A stretch of 64,000 nt of DNA, taken from contig CAXXTU010000002.1 in assembly GCA_963662655.2 (NCBI GenBank), forward strand, positions 1,056,001 to 1,120,000. The letters are read 5' to 3'. The notes under the pieces are model-generated. The model did no database searches. It saw nothing but the letters and a program-made list of their open reading frames with translations, and was not told the DNA's origin. This document shows, piece after piece, positions 1 through 8,501 of this stretch. Numbering within the stretch: the stretch's first letter is position 1; every line of letters begins with the position of its first letter. The DNA comes from Candidatus Cloacimonadales bacterium (GTDB taxonomy: Bacteria; Cloacimonadota; Cloacimonadia; Cloacimonadales; JAIOQZ01). The position numbers and the translations under genes were made by a program.

Positions 1-400
1 CGTCGATCGATTTTTCTTCGAAAGGAACGCTCGACCGCGGAATTTCGTCGGATAGCGCGGCGTCCCAATCGATGTCGTAGGAGAGTTGCTCGAGCTGGTA
101 GGGATCATATCCGATGGCGTACAACCCGCCGATGATCGCGCCCATGCTCGTTCCGGTGACATAATCCGGCTTGATTCCTATCTCTTCCAGCGCTTGCAGC
201 ACGCCGATATGAGCGAGCCCGAGAGCTCCGCCGCCACTCAGTACCAGCCCGATGCGAGGACGGGCGTCATCCTTATCAACCTTTTCCACGTTCCTGAATC
301 GCTTCAGCAGGCGTATCGGATCTTCCCCGTTCTTCGGAGAGATCGCAACAAGCATTTGCCCAAGAATCAGCAAAAGGATCATCAAACAGCATTTCCGCAT
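1..400 (-). CDS. Patatin-like phospholipase, N-terminal part (runs off the window start); paralog of the adjacent PlpD-like gene
   Basis: Not in the ORF track. Manual translation from ATG at 400: [19 protein letters not shown]...[20 protein letters not shown]...YVTGTSMG, giving a signal peptide, oxyanion GGGxxG and GxSxG nucleophile. Confidence 0.9.
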   Translation of the reverse strand, partial: MRKCCLMILLLILGQMLVAISPKNGEDPIRLLKRFRNVEKVDKDDARPRIGLVLSGGGALGLAHIGVLQALEEIGIKPDYVTGTSMGAIIGGLYAIGYDPYQLEQLSYDIDWDAALSDEIPRSSVPFEEKSID

Positions 401-402
401 TC

Positions 403-2715
403 TTAGAACCTGTATCCAATATTCACGTATGAAGTTCCGTTTTTATCTACATTACCTGTCATCCAGGTATATTCGACCGGCCCGATCGGCGTATCGGCAC
501 CCAAAGTAAAACCATAGCCCCATACATAGTGTTTCTTGTACCAGAGATCGTCGTAATCGTCCGTCGCCTTACCCAGACCGGCAGTTACCGTAGCGTATAC
601 ATCGTCGAGGACTTCATATTGAAATGCCGACATCATCGACATAACGTTCTTTCCATAGCGCTTCATTTCCCCCAACCCAATGAGCGGGACGAACCGGGGA
701 TCGTTGTTGTACTTGAGCCCACCCAGGAAAAACTGGAACTCGGGATACTGGTACTCCGTGGAGCGGATGAAGCCATAATATCCCCTGAACTGAAGGGCTG
801 TTCGTTCCCAGAGGGGTATCGCCCGAAAATACCGGAAGAAATAACGCTCGAAATCCTCATTGACCTCTGCCTTTTGCCCGGTGGTTATTTCGGCCTCCAT
901 CACACCGGTAAAAGATCTGAACTCGGCATAAAGGTTACCGCCTTTTCGCGGGTAGTTCAATTTTTCGAGCGTATCAGTCTCCAGCTTGAGAAAGTAATCG
1001 ACCATCACAGTAGATATCCTCTTACCGTCGACCTCCATGGTCGTCGCTTTCAGCTTCACTTCCGAGGCAAGTAGTTCAGCCCCAGCCCCAATCGACAGGA
1101 AATTGTCCACCAGCGTTTCCGCCATCAGGGATATTCCTCCCTGATAGTAGTCCCAATAAGACTCGCGTTCGTTATCCTTGTTGTACGCCCAGATATCCAT
1201 TTTGCTCTCGAAGTATTTCGCTTCAAAACCCACACCCGGGTGGCGACCCGTCAACAGGTAGTATCGCAAATCCCAACCGTACTGATCGCCGAGTTTAACA
1301 TTGGCCGAAAATTTACTGCCTTCAAGGAGAAGGTTTCTGAATGTACCATTGAACAGGAGAGCAGACTTCGATACGCTATCGTAATGCAAACCTACCTTGA
1401 ATAGGTTCGAGCTCTTCTCTTTCACCTTCACGATGAGCTTCACCCCACCTGCCACAGGCACCAGGCGGTACATCGCCAGGTCGAAATACTGGCTGCCGTA
1501 CAATCTCTCGATGCCCTGCTGAATCTCTTCGGGACGTACCCACCCCTGCTGGGGAATCGTCAGCTTGCTGTAAACCAGATCGCGAGAAACGTTTTTCAGG
1601 CCTTCGATGCCGATATCGAGGATGTACACCGAATCGATCATCGTTTTCGGCTCAGGGAGATCGATCTGGGGATACATCTCCATGTAATCGCTGAGCGCAG
1701 TCAATTCATCAAAGCGATCCATTGCCGCCCTGTAGCCGCTGGCGATCAGCGTGTCGGCGGCATCGAAATCCATGATACTGTAGTTACCGGTCTCGGGGCT
1801 TATATAGATATCCACCAGCCTTTTCTGCTCTGCGGTGCTTCGATAACCGGAGAAGCTTATCGCCTGGCTGAGGATGCTGATGATGCTGTCGAGCTTGTCG
1901 CGCTTGGACGGAGTCCCCGCAACGTTCACCCCGATGATGATATCCGCGCCCATATCCAGCGCGTCGACAACCGGGAAGTTCCTCACCAGACCGCCGTCAA
2001 CCAGCAGCCTTCCCTCTATCTCAAACGGTATGAACATGGAGGGTATCGACATGCTTGCCCGGATCGCGTCGGGGAGATAACCGTGATCCAGCACCACGGC
2101 TTCGCCCGTCTCGATGTCAGTCGCGATACAACGGAACGGAATGGGCAGTTTATTGAAATCGTTGATATGGTGAATCGACATGGTTAGCTGGGAAAGATAC
2201 GCGTAGAAATTCTGCCCCGCCAGCAGTCCCGAAGGCAACGAGATATCCAGGCCGCGGATTGCGAACGAAAGCGGGTATTTATCCACATCGAGCTTCTCTT
2301 CCAGGGCGATCTGATGCCGGGGGATTTTATCCATGAGCAGAGTGTCCCAGTCCTGATGCGCGACCATCTCTTCAATCTGGTCGGCGCTGTAACCAACGGA
2401 ATAGAGGCAGCCCATGATGCTCCCCATGCTGGTTCCCGTGATGTAATCCACCTTGATCCCGGCTTCTTCCAGCACTTTGAGCACACCGATATGCGTTAGA
2501 CCAAGCGCTCCGCCGCCGCTAAGGACCAGGCCGATTCGCGGTTTTCGCCCAAGCGTATCGAGACTCGTATGCTTGAGGTGCTGCAGAATCTCCTTCCCGT
2601 AGTCGGGAAAAAGGAGGCTGTCCGGGATTTCCTCGATCGCGTGAACGATACATGCGACCAGTAAAAGGATAAAAAAGAGAAACATCCTGCTCTTCGCAGG
2701 TGGAAAAATCCGCAT
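403..2715 (-). CDS. Patatin-like phospholipase with POTRA and C-terminal BamA/Omp85-like barrel (PlpD / type Vd architecture)
   Basis: Signal peptide; SGGGALG, GTSMG and DGG patatin motifs; POTRA-like segment ([10 protein letters not shown]...[10 protein letters not shown]); barrel terminus TPIGPVEY...YVNIGYRF. Confidence 0.9.
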   Translation of the reverse strand: MRIFPPAKSRMFLFFILLLVACIVHAIEEIPDSLLFPDYGKEILQHLKHTSLDTLGRKPRIGLVLSGGGALGLTHIGVLKVLEEAGIKVDYITGTSMGSIMGCLYSVGYSADQIEEMVAHQDWDTLLMDKIPRHQIALEEKLDVDKYPLSFAIRGLDISLPSGLLAGQNFYAYLSQLTMSIHHINDFNKLPIPFRCIATDIETGEAVVLDHGYLPDAIRASMSIPSMFIPFEIEGRLLVDGGLVRNFPVVDALDMGADIIIGVNVAGTPSKRDKLDSIISILSQAISFSGYRSTAEQKRLVDIYISPETGNYSIMDFDAADTLIASGYRAAMDRFDELTALSDYMEMYPQIDLPEPKTMIDSVYILDIGIEGLKNVSRDLVYSKLTIPQQGWVRPEEIQQGIERLYGSQYFDLAMYRLVPVAGGVKLIVKVKEKSSNLFKVGLHYDSVSKSALLFNGTFRNLLLEGSKFSANVKLGDQYGWDLRYYLLTGRHPGVGFEAKYFESKMDIWAYNKDNERESYWDYYQGGISLMAETLVDNFLSIGAGAELLASEVKLKATTMEVDGKRISTVMVDYFLKLETDTLEKLNYPRKGGNLYAEFRSFTGVMEAEITTGQKAEVNEDFERYFFRYFRAIPLWERTALQFRGYYGFIRSTEYQYPEFQFFLGGLKYNNDPRFVPLIGLGEMKRYGKNVMSMMSAFQYEVLDDVYATVTAGLGKATDDYDDLWYKKHYVWGYGFTLGADTPIGPVEYTWMTGNVDKNGTSYVNIGYRF

Positions 2716-2781
2716 ACGAAACTCCGGGGATAGATTATATCAGGTGACGGTTGGGATACCCTTCACATCATCATACAAAAC

Positions 2782-3429
2782 TTATGGCTCGCGGGGATAG
2801 CGTTCCAGAAAATCAAGCGCCTCTCGAAGTCCTTTGTTGGCTGCGCCTTCAACCAGATCGTACCCCTCGTCTGCTCTTCCGAGCTGAACATAGACGACGC
2901 CAAGCGCGCTTTGGGATTTCAGGTGTTCCGGGCTGACCTTCAGCGCCCTTTCCAGGTGAATCTGCGCTTCCGGCAGATTTCCTTGCTCCAGCGAGATGAG
3001 GCCCAGGCTGTAAAATGTTTCGACGTTGGTGGAGTCTAGCTCTGCGGAACGTTTAAGAGAGCGAACGGCATTCCCGAAATCCTTGCGAAAATAGTACGTG
3101 ACGCCCATGTCGTACCAGGTCTGGTCGTCATCCGGCGTGCTTTCTACCTGATTCTTGAAATGCTCCAGGGCGAGCTCGTAATTTCCCATTTTCTGATAGC
3201 ACAGCCCGATGTTGAACTCGATCCCGGGATGATCAGGGTTGAGCTCTCTCACTTTCTCGAAAGCCTGTATCGATTGCTCGTATGCTCCCGAACCGAACAG
3301 CTCCACCGCCTGGGAAAACAACTGCTTTGCCTCGGCAAGCTTGGGATCTTCCTCACGACGATACGTCTCCTTGGCTGCCAGTGTCCCGGCAAGAATAAGC
3401 AATATCAGAAGCAATGCAATATTCCTCAA
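2782..3429 (-). CDS. Secreted/periplasmic tetratricopeptide-repeat protein
   Basis: About 5 TPRs (FNIGLCYQKMGNYELALEHF, YDMGVTYY, YSLGLISL). Start moved to TTG at 3429 (AGGA upstream, then a hydrophobic signal peptide); ORF track start is 3492. Confidence 0.8.
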   Translation of the reverse strand: MRNIALLLILLILAGTLAAKETYRREEDPKLAEAKQLFSQAVELFGSGAYEQSIQAFEKVRELNPDHPGIEFNIGLCYQKMGNYELALEHFKNQVESTPDDDQTWYDMGVTYYFRKDFGNAVRSLKRSAELDSTNVETFYSLGLISLEQGNLPEAQIHLERALKVSPEHLKSQSALGVVYVQLGRADEGYDLVEGAANKGLREALDFLERYPREP

Positions 3430-3498
3430 AATGCAATCCTTTACGATTTTTGCCCAGTTTTGAAGATTGTTCAAGTTTGTCAATGAAAGCATTTTCGC

Positions 3499-3527
3499 TT
3501 GACAGGAAACACACGCCTTTTAAGCAT
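3499..3527 (+). promoter_or_regulatory. Probable sigma-70 promoter of tRNA-Ala
   Basis: TTGACA at 3499-3504 followed after 16 nt by TAAGCAT, just upstream of the tRNA. Confidence 0.5.
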
Positions 3528-3541
3528 GAATCAATTCACGT

Positions 3542-3617
3542 GGGGCTATAGCTCAGTTGGGAGAGCGCATCGTTCGCAATGATGAGGCCAGGGGTTCGAA
3601 TCCCCTTAGCTCCACCA
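3542..3617 (+). tRNA. tRNA-Ala (anticodon CGC)
   Basis: 76 nt GGGGCTA...TAGCTCCACCA; G3:U70 alanine identity pair; anticodon arm CATCG-TTCGCAA-TGATG; GGTTCGAATCC T-arm; encoded CCA. Confidence 0.97.
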
Positions 3618-3732
3618 TATTTTTGTTCACCATCTTCTACAGTGCGCCCATTATCATTGCCTTCAATACGCGTGGGATGAGAACCGTTGCCTTAAGTCGA
3701 ATCCCCTTAGCTCCACCATATTTTTGTTCACC
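3596..3732 (+). repeat. 36-bp exact direct repeat of the tRNA-Ala 3' end plus trailer (3596-3631 and 3697-3732)
   Basis: TCGAATCCCCTTAGCTCCACCATATTTTTGTTCACC occurs twice, 101 bp apart. Confidence 0.95.
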
Positions 3733-3812
3733 TTCTTGTATAGTACACGAATGGATATTCTTCATCGTTTCCACTTCACCTCAATGGAAATAATCGAAAA
3801 ACAAACACTTCA

Positions 3813-3947
3813 AGTCGTTAGCAGATTCGTTTGATCTCCCCACGGAGCCGTATCGTTACACGCCTTTTTATCTCGTGTCCGGTAGTCTCGAAGGCGTGTC
3901 GTTATACGGTGGAGTGGGAGATCGGGCGAAGATGCAACGACGGTCGG
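3813..3947 (+). repeat. Long-hairpin repeat family, copy 1
   Basis: AGTCGTTAGCAGATTCGTTTGATCTCCCC...GGGAGATCGGGCGAAGATGCAACGACGGTCGG; arms are imperfect inverted repeats and match copies at 53500, 56097 (inverted) and 59410. Confidence 0.85.
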
Positions 3948-5033
3948 TTACTTCCCAACCATCTCCAGATATAGCTTATAATTGCGTCGCGCCATGTTTT
4001 GCATGCTGTGTTTCGCGGAATCCTGTCGGGCTTTCTCTCCGAGGGTAGTGGCAAACCGTGGATCGTCGAGCAGCGTCTGAATCCCCTTTGCAAGTTCTTG
4101 CGAGTTCTGGCGTGGAACCAAAAGACCGTTATCGCGATCCTGGATCAGTTCGGGAATCCCTCCGGCGTCCGTTGCAACGATGGGAAGTCCCTGCGCCATG
4201 GCATCGATAATGGATGTTCCCAATCCCTCTTTACGCGACGACATCACGAAGATGTCGAACGACTTTAATATGCCGCCAACATCGTTGCGATGCCCGAGGA
4301 ATATGAAGCGATTTCTCAATGGAGCTTTCCCAGCCAGTGCATTAACCTTCTCACGCTCGGGGCCATCGCCAAGCGAAACAAAAATCACATCGGGATTGTT
4401 CTTCAAGATGATCTCCGCTGCACCAATCAGATTCGGGTAATCCTTGTGCCCCGCCAACGCTGCAACGATTCCAACAATCCGTTTGCCTCTCAGATTCTCA
4501 GGCAAGTACGATCGATCCGCCTCACTCGCGGAAAACCGTTCCAGATCCACCCCGCTGTGAATCACCGTCAGCTTCCTCTGCGGAATCCCGCAATCAAGCA
4601 TGACCCGTTCAATTTCCTGCGAGATACATACGATCCGGTCCGCTTTGTTGTATTTCACGCGACTCAGGCCCCCGTGAATGCGAAAATCCACCCTGCGCGA
4701 TGCGATCACCTTGCAATGCGGATAGAACAATCTAGTTAGAAGCGCAACGGATAGCGCGTGTCCGCTATGGGCGTGCAAAATGTTAATCTGATGTTTCCTG
4801 GCAAATAGTGCAAGTCGGTAACCGCTTAAGAAATCCAGCTCATTTCGGTATTGATAGGCACACGAGTTCGCTCTATCGAGCTTCGGTTCCAGGAGTGAAT
4901 CCTTCGGATAGGCGAAATAGCTCCGGTATCCTTGCCTCAGTAATTCCGTGTGGAGATACAACGCTTGCTGCTGTCCGCCCCTGAATCCCTTTTCCGTATC
5001 GATATGGAGAACTACCGGCGGCATTTTTCCCAC
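3948..5033 (-). CDS. Glycosyltransferase family 4 (GT-B)
   Basis: RGGQQQ N-terminal motif, HAHS, and EGLGTSIIDAMAQGLPIVATDAGGIPE GT4 motif. Confidence 0.92.
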   Translation of the reverse strand: MGKMPPVVLHIDTEKGFRGGQQQALYLHTELLRQGYRSYFAYPKDSLLEPKLDRANSCAYQYRNELDFLSGYRLALFARKHQINILHAHSGHALSVALLTRLFYPHCKVIASRRVDFRIHGGLSRVKYNKADRIVCISQEIERVMLDCGIPQRKLTVIHSGVDLERFSASEADRSYLPENLRGKRIVGIVAALAGHKDYPNLIGAAEIILKNNPDVIFVSLGDGPEREKVNALAGKAPLRNRFIFLGHRNDVGGILKSFDIFVMSSRKEGLGTSIIDAMAQGLPIVATDAGGIPELIQDRDNGLLVPRQNSQELAKGIQTLLDDPRFATTLGEKARQDSAKHSMQNMARRNYKLYLEMVGK

Positions 5034-5755
5034 AGCCTGATGTATTTCAGGAAAACACCGAAGGAACTGAGAAGAGCGAGGACAAATCCCTCTTTCCCAT
5101 CCAGAAATCCCTGCTTGACCAGATACATCTTGAAGAATTTTGAAATCCCATGAAAAACGGCCTTGCCTATCGAGCCCCTCTTCCCTCTCTTAAATGCCTC
5201 TTCAGCACCAAGCTTACCGTACAACAGCATTTTATCAAGATGGCTTTGTAGAGTTGGATACGTATAGTGTAAAAAGGGGATATCGATTGTTCCAATTGGA
5301 TCGTCCGTCTCGACGTTCTCGTGGACTTCTTTTTCATTGAAGGCAGCTCTCCTGCGGTCGAAGAGCCGTAGCGTGTAGTCCGTTTGCCAACCGCTGTATC
5401 GGATCAGACGTCCCAAGTAATAGGATCGACGCAAAATTCTATACGCGGAAAATCGAGGATTAACCAGTATCTTCCCGATCTCGTCGCGCAACGCTGGCGT
5501 TATCTCCTCATCCGCGTCCACGACAAGTACCCAGTCATTGACGGCTTGTTCCACCGCGTATTGCTTCGATCGACCGAAACCCATCCACTCGATCGTTTCA
5601 ACGCGACACTGGTGGGATTTCGCAATCTCGATCGTGTTGTCCGTGGAGCCGGTGTCGACAACAACAATCTCGTCCGCCCACTGTAACGACGCAAGACATC
5701 TGGGAAGGTTATTCGCCTCGTTCTTCACGATCATTACAGCGGACAGTTTAGTCAT
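5012..5755 (-). CDS. Glycosyltransferase family 2 (WaaE/KdtX-like LPS-core type)
   Basis: IVKNE, VDTGSTD, VDADE, VHE and GFLDGKEG motifs typical of this GT2 subfamily. Confidence 0.9.
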   Translation of the reverse strand: MTKLSAVMIVKNEANNLPRCLASLQWADEIVVVDTGSTDNTIEIAKSHQCRVETIEWMGFGRSKQYAVEQAVNDWVLVVDADEEITPALRDEIGKILVNPRFSAYRILRRSYYLGRLIRYSGWQTDYTLRLFDRRRAAFNEKEVHENVETDDPIGTIDIPFLHYTYPTLQSHLDKMLLYGKLGAEEAFKRGKRGSIGKAVFHGISKFFKMYLVKQGFLDGKEGFVLALLSSFGVFLKYIRLWEKCRR

Positions 5756-5796
5756 TCTTCTCGCCCATCGACATCAGAAATCTATGATGTTCGATA

Positions 5797-6903
5797 TTAA
5801 TTGCTGAAATAGTCCTTGAGGCACCCAACCGTGTACCGGATCATCTCTTCCGTCAGTTCGGGAAACATCGGTAAGCTGAGTACCCTGTTCTGAAGACTGT
5901 ATGTCACCGGGAAATCTTCCGGTGTGTGGTTCAATCTTTCGTACGCTTTCAAGTACGGAATCCCGATCGGATAGTGGACGCCAGTAGCGATACCTTTTTC
6001 TTTCAGGTATTCCATTAAATTCTCTCGTCCGTCAACCTGGATCACATAAAGGTGATAAACCGGCTGGCAAAGAGGATGTACCTTGGGGGTCACGATCTGC
6101 GGGATTTCAGAAAGCAGTTCATCGTAAAGCCTGGCATTCTCCCTGCGCTTCGCGTTCCATGAATCGATATACTTAAGTTTCACGGAAAGGACAGCGGCTT
6201 GTATGCCGTCCAACCGGGAATTGTATCCTTCAAACTCGTGATCGTATTTGCTTGTTCTACCATGATTCGATATCTTAGTGCTGTGACTCGCAACGTAATC
6301 ATCGTTTGTGATGATTGCTCCCGCATCTCCGTATGCTCCGAGGTTTTTCCCGGGGTAGAAGCTGAATGTAGCTCCATCCCCAAAATTACCTATTTTCTTC
6401 CCGTCATAAAGCGCTCCGTGCGCCTGCGCAGAGTCTTCGATCACCTTAAGATTATACTTCTGTGCTATCGCAAGTATCGGGTTCATGTCGGCAGGTTGCC
6501 CATAGAGATGAACAGCGATGATTGCCTTCGTACGCGGTGTTATCTTCTCTTCGATCAGGGATGCATCGATATTGTAATAATCAGGATGTACGTCAACCAG
6601 AACGACGTCCGCTCCCACGGCAGCGACGGCCTCCGTTGTAGCTATAAATGTAAACGCCGGAGCGATAACCTCGTCTCCTTTTCCAATGCCGAGCGCTTTC
6701 AAGAGGAAAACGATCGCATCGGTTCCATTGCCAACACCGATACTGTACTTTGTTCCTATGTATCGAGCAAAATCCTGATTGAACTGATTCATTGCGAATC
6801 CGCCAATGAATGCCGTCTGATCGATAACGTCCTGGATCGCCCGATCCATTTCGTTCTTTATACTGTCGTACTGCGCTTTTAAATCTACAAAAGGAATGTT
6901 CAT
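5797..6903 (-). CDS. DegT/DnrJ/EryC1/StrS PLP aminotransferase (WbpE/WlbC-like)
   Basis: [35 protein letters not shown] (PLP lysine), NSRLD. Confidence 0.93.
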   Translation of the reverse strand: MNIPFVDLKAQYDSIKNEMDRAIQDVIDQTAFIGGFAMNQFNQDFARYIGTKYSIGVGNGTDAIVFLLKALGIGKGDEVIAPAFTFIATTEAVAAVGADVVLVDVHPDYYNIDASLIEEKITPRTKAIIAVHLYGQPADMNPILAIAQKYNLKVIEDSAQAHGALYDGKKIGNFGDGATFSFYPGKNLGAYGDAGAIITNDDYVASHSTKISNHGRTSKYDHEFEGYNSRLDGIQAAVLSVKLKYIDSWNAKRRENARLYDELLSEIPQIVTPKVHPLCQPVYHLYVIQVDGRENLMEYLKEKGIATGVHYPIGIPYLKAYERLNHTPEDFPVTYSLQNRVLSLPMFPELTEEMIRYTVGCLKDYFSN

Positions 6904-6921
6904 ATTCTCCTCTGAATTCGG

Positions 6922-7389
6922 TTACTTCATTTGCTTTGCTGGATTTCCAATATAAACGCCAGGTTCCGTTATATCTTTCGTTACAACGGCTCCTGCTCCG
7001 ATGACGACATCGTCACAGATGTTCACCGGTAAAATGGTAGCGTTCGAACCGATCGAAACACGGTTGCCAATGTGTGTGGAGCGCCAGTAGTCTTTATCGC
7101 CACGAGCCGGGCCACCCTTGATGAAGGGATCGTTTATAAACATCACGCCGTGCGCGATGAAACAATCGTCACCGATTTGGACCAATTCACAAATAAACGT
7201 GTGGGACTGGATTTTAGACCGCTTACCGATTGTTACATCCTTCTGGATTTCAACAAAAGGTCCGATGAAACAATCATCGCCAATCTCACAGCCGTATAAG
7301 TTCGCCGGGGCGACAACGGTGACGTTCTCACCGAACTTCACATCCGACTTGATCTGGACCTCGTACAACCTGGCTGGTTTATTACTCAT
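6922..7389 (-). CDS. Hexapeptide-repeat sugar N-acetyltransferase (WbpD/WlbB-like)
   Basis: Left-handed beta-helix repeats, FINDP, IGAGAVVTKD...GNPA. Start set at ATG 7389, which overlaps the upstream stop (ATGAGTAA). Confidence 0.88.
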   Translation of the reverse strand: MSNKPARLYEVQIKSDVKFGENVTVVAPANLYGCEIGDDCFIGPFVEIQKDVTIGKRSKIQSHTFICELVQIGDDCFIAHGVMFINDPFIKGGPARGDKDYWRSTHIGNRVSIGSNATILPVNICDDVVIGAGAVVTKDITEPGVYIGNPAKQMK

Positions 7390-8467
7390 GGTGTCCATTC
7401 TTCCTGCCAAGACGGCATTTTTCAGGACGGAATCTCAGAAAAACTTCTCTGCCGGTCTCAATCGATTCGTATATGGCGTTGATCAACTCGAGCGATTTCC
7501 GCCCCTCGAGCCCATCCACGAGAGCTTGTTTGTCCTGCATGATCGAGTCGCAGACATTTTCCAGATACTTGTTGTGCCCATAGCCATAAACGTTTGGCGG
7601 AGCTTCCTTATACTCGGAAAGCACCTGCTCCGAATCGTTGACGCCATCGGCAAAGTTCCACAGGCTCATCTCGTTGACCGCGAAACCTCCGATTTCGACA
7701 GTTCCATGCTCACCCATGATTGTCAGCGACCCCTCGATATCCTTGGGGCGCGTTGCCGTCGTTGCTTCCACAACGCCAATCACACCGTTACGGAACTGAA
7801 TGATGGCAACGCCGGTATCTTCGGTTTCAATATTCACCAGCGCTGTCCGGCTCTTTGCAAAAACAGAAATGGGTTCGCCCAGCATCCATTCAAGCAGGTC
7901 TATATGGTGGGACGCCTGATTGGTGAACACACCGCCATCCATACTCCATGTACCCCGCCATGCGTCCTGATCGTAATAGGCCTGGGGGCGGCACCAGCGA
8001 ACGCGAACGGTACCCATGACAAGTTTCCCGAACCGCCCGGCTTCAAGCGCTTCCCGAAGCTTCATCACGGGGACATTGTATCGGTTCTGCTTCACGACAA
8101 ACAGCTTCACGCGGTGTGCGTCGCATACGCGTATCATCTCATCGGCATCTTCAAGTGTGAGGGCCATTGGTTTTTCAACCACGATATGCTTTTTGTACTT
8201 ACTTGCAATGTCGATCGTATGGCGAGCGTGGTTTCCGCTTTCGGTGAGGATATTGACAACATCGATATCTCCATGCTTCTCAAGCATTTCATCATAACTT
8301 GTATAGTACGGAACACCGAACTCTTTGCCAGCCTTTTCCGCTCGTTCCTTTTTCACATCACAAACTGCTACAAGCTCGGTTTTCTCAGACAAAAACCCGG
8401 TGAGGGTCTGTGCATGCTTCTTGAAAATTCTGCCGCAACCGACAATCCCAAACTTCAGTTTTTTCAT
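7382..8467 (-). CDS. Gfo/Idh/MocA oxidoreductase (WbpB/WlbA-like UDP-GlcNAcA 3-dehydrogenase)
   Basis: GCGRI, VEKPM, VKQNRYN, WRGTWSMDGGVFTNQASHHIDLL; directly upstream of the acetyltransferase and aminotransferase. Confidence 0.88.
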   Translation of the reverse strand: MKKLKFGIVGCGRIFKKHAQTLTGFLSEKTELVAVCDVKKERAEKAGKEFGVPYYTSYDEMLEKHGDIDVVNILTESGNHARHTIDIASKYKKHIVVEKPMALTLEDADEMIRVCDAHRVKLFVVKQNRYNVPVMKLREALEAGRFGKLVMGTVRVRWCRPQAYYDQDAWRGTWSMDGGVFTNQASHHIDLLEWMLGEPISVFAKSRTALVNIETEDTGVAIIQFRNGVIGVVEATTATRPKDIEGSLTIMGEHGTVEIGGFAVNEMSLWNFADGVNDSEQVLSEYKEAPPNVYGYGHNKYLENVCDSIMQDKQALVDGLEGRKSLELINAIYESIETGREVFLRFRPEKCRLGRKNGHHE

Positions 8468-8501
8468 TTGAAATCCCTTATGGTATTATTTTGTGAGTCA
8501 G

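Noticed and set aside
3596..3732. 36-bp direct repeat as a mini CRISPR array
   Set aside because: Only two units, the repeat is a tRNA 3' end, the spacer is 65 bp, and no cas genes are present.
3813..3947. Hairpin family as integron attC sites
   Set aside because: No consistent RYYYAAC...GTTRRRY ends, copies flank housekeeping genes, one lies between divergent genes, and no integron integrase is present.
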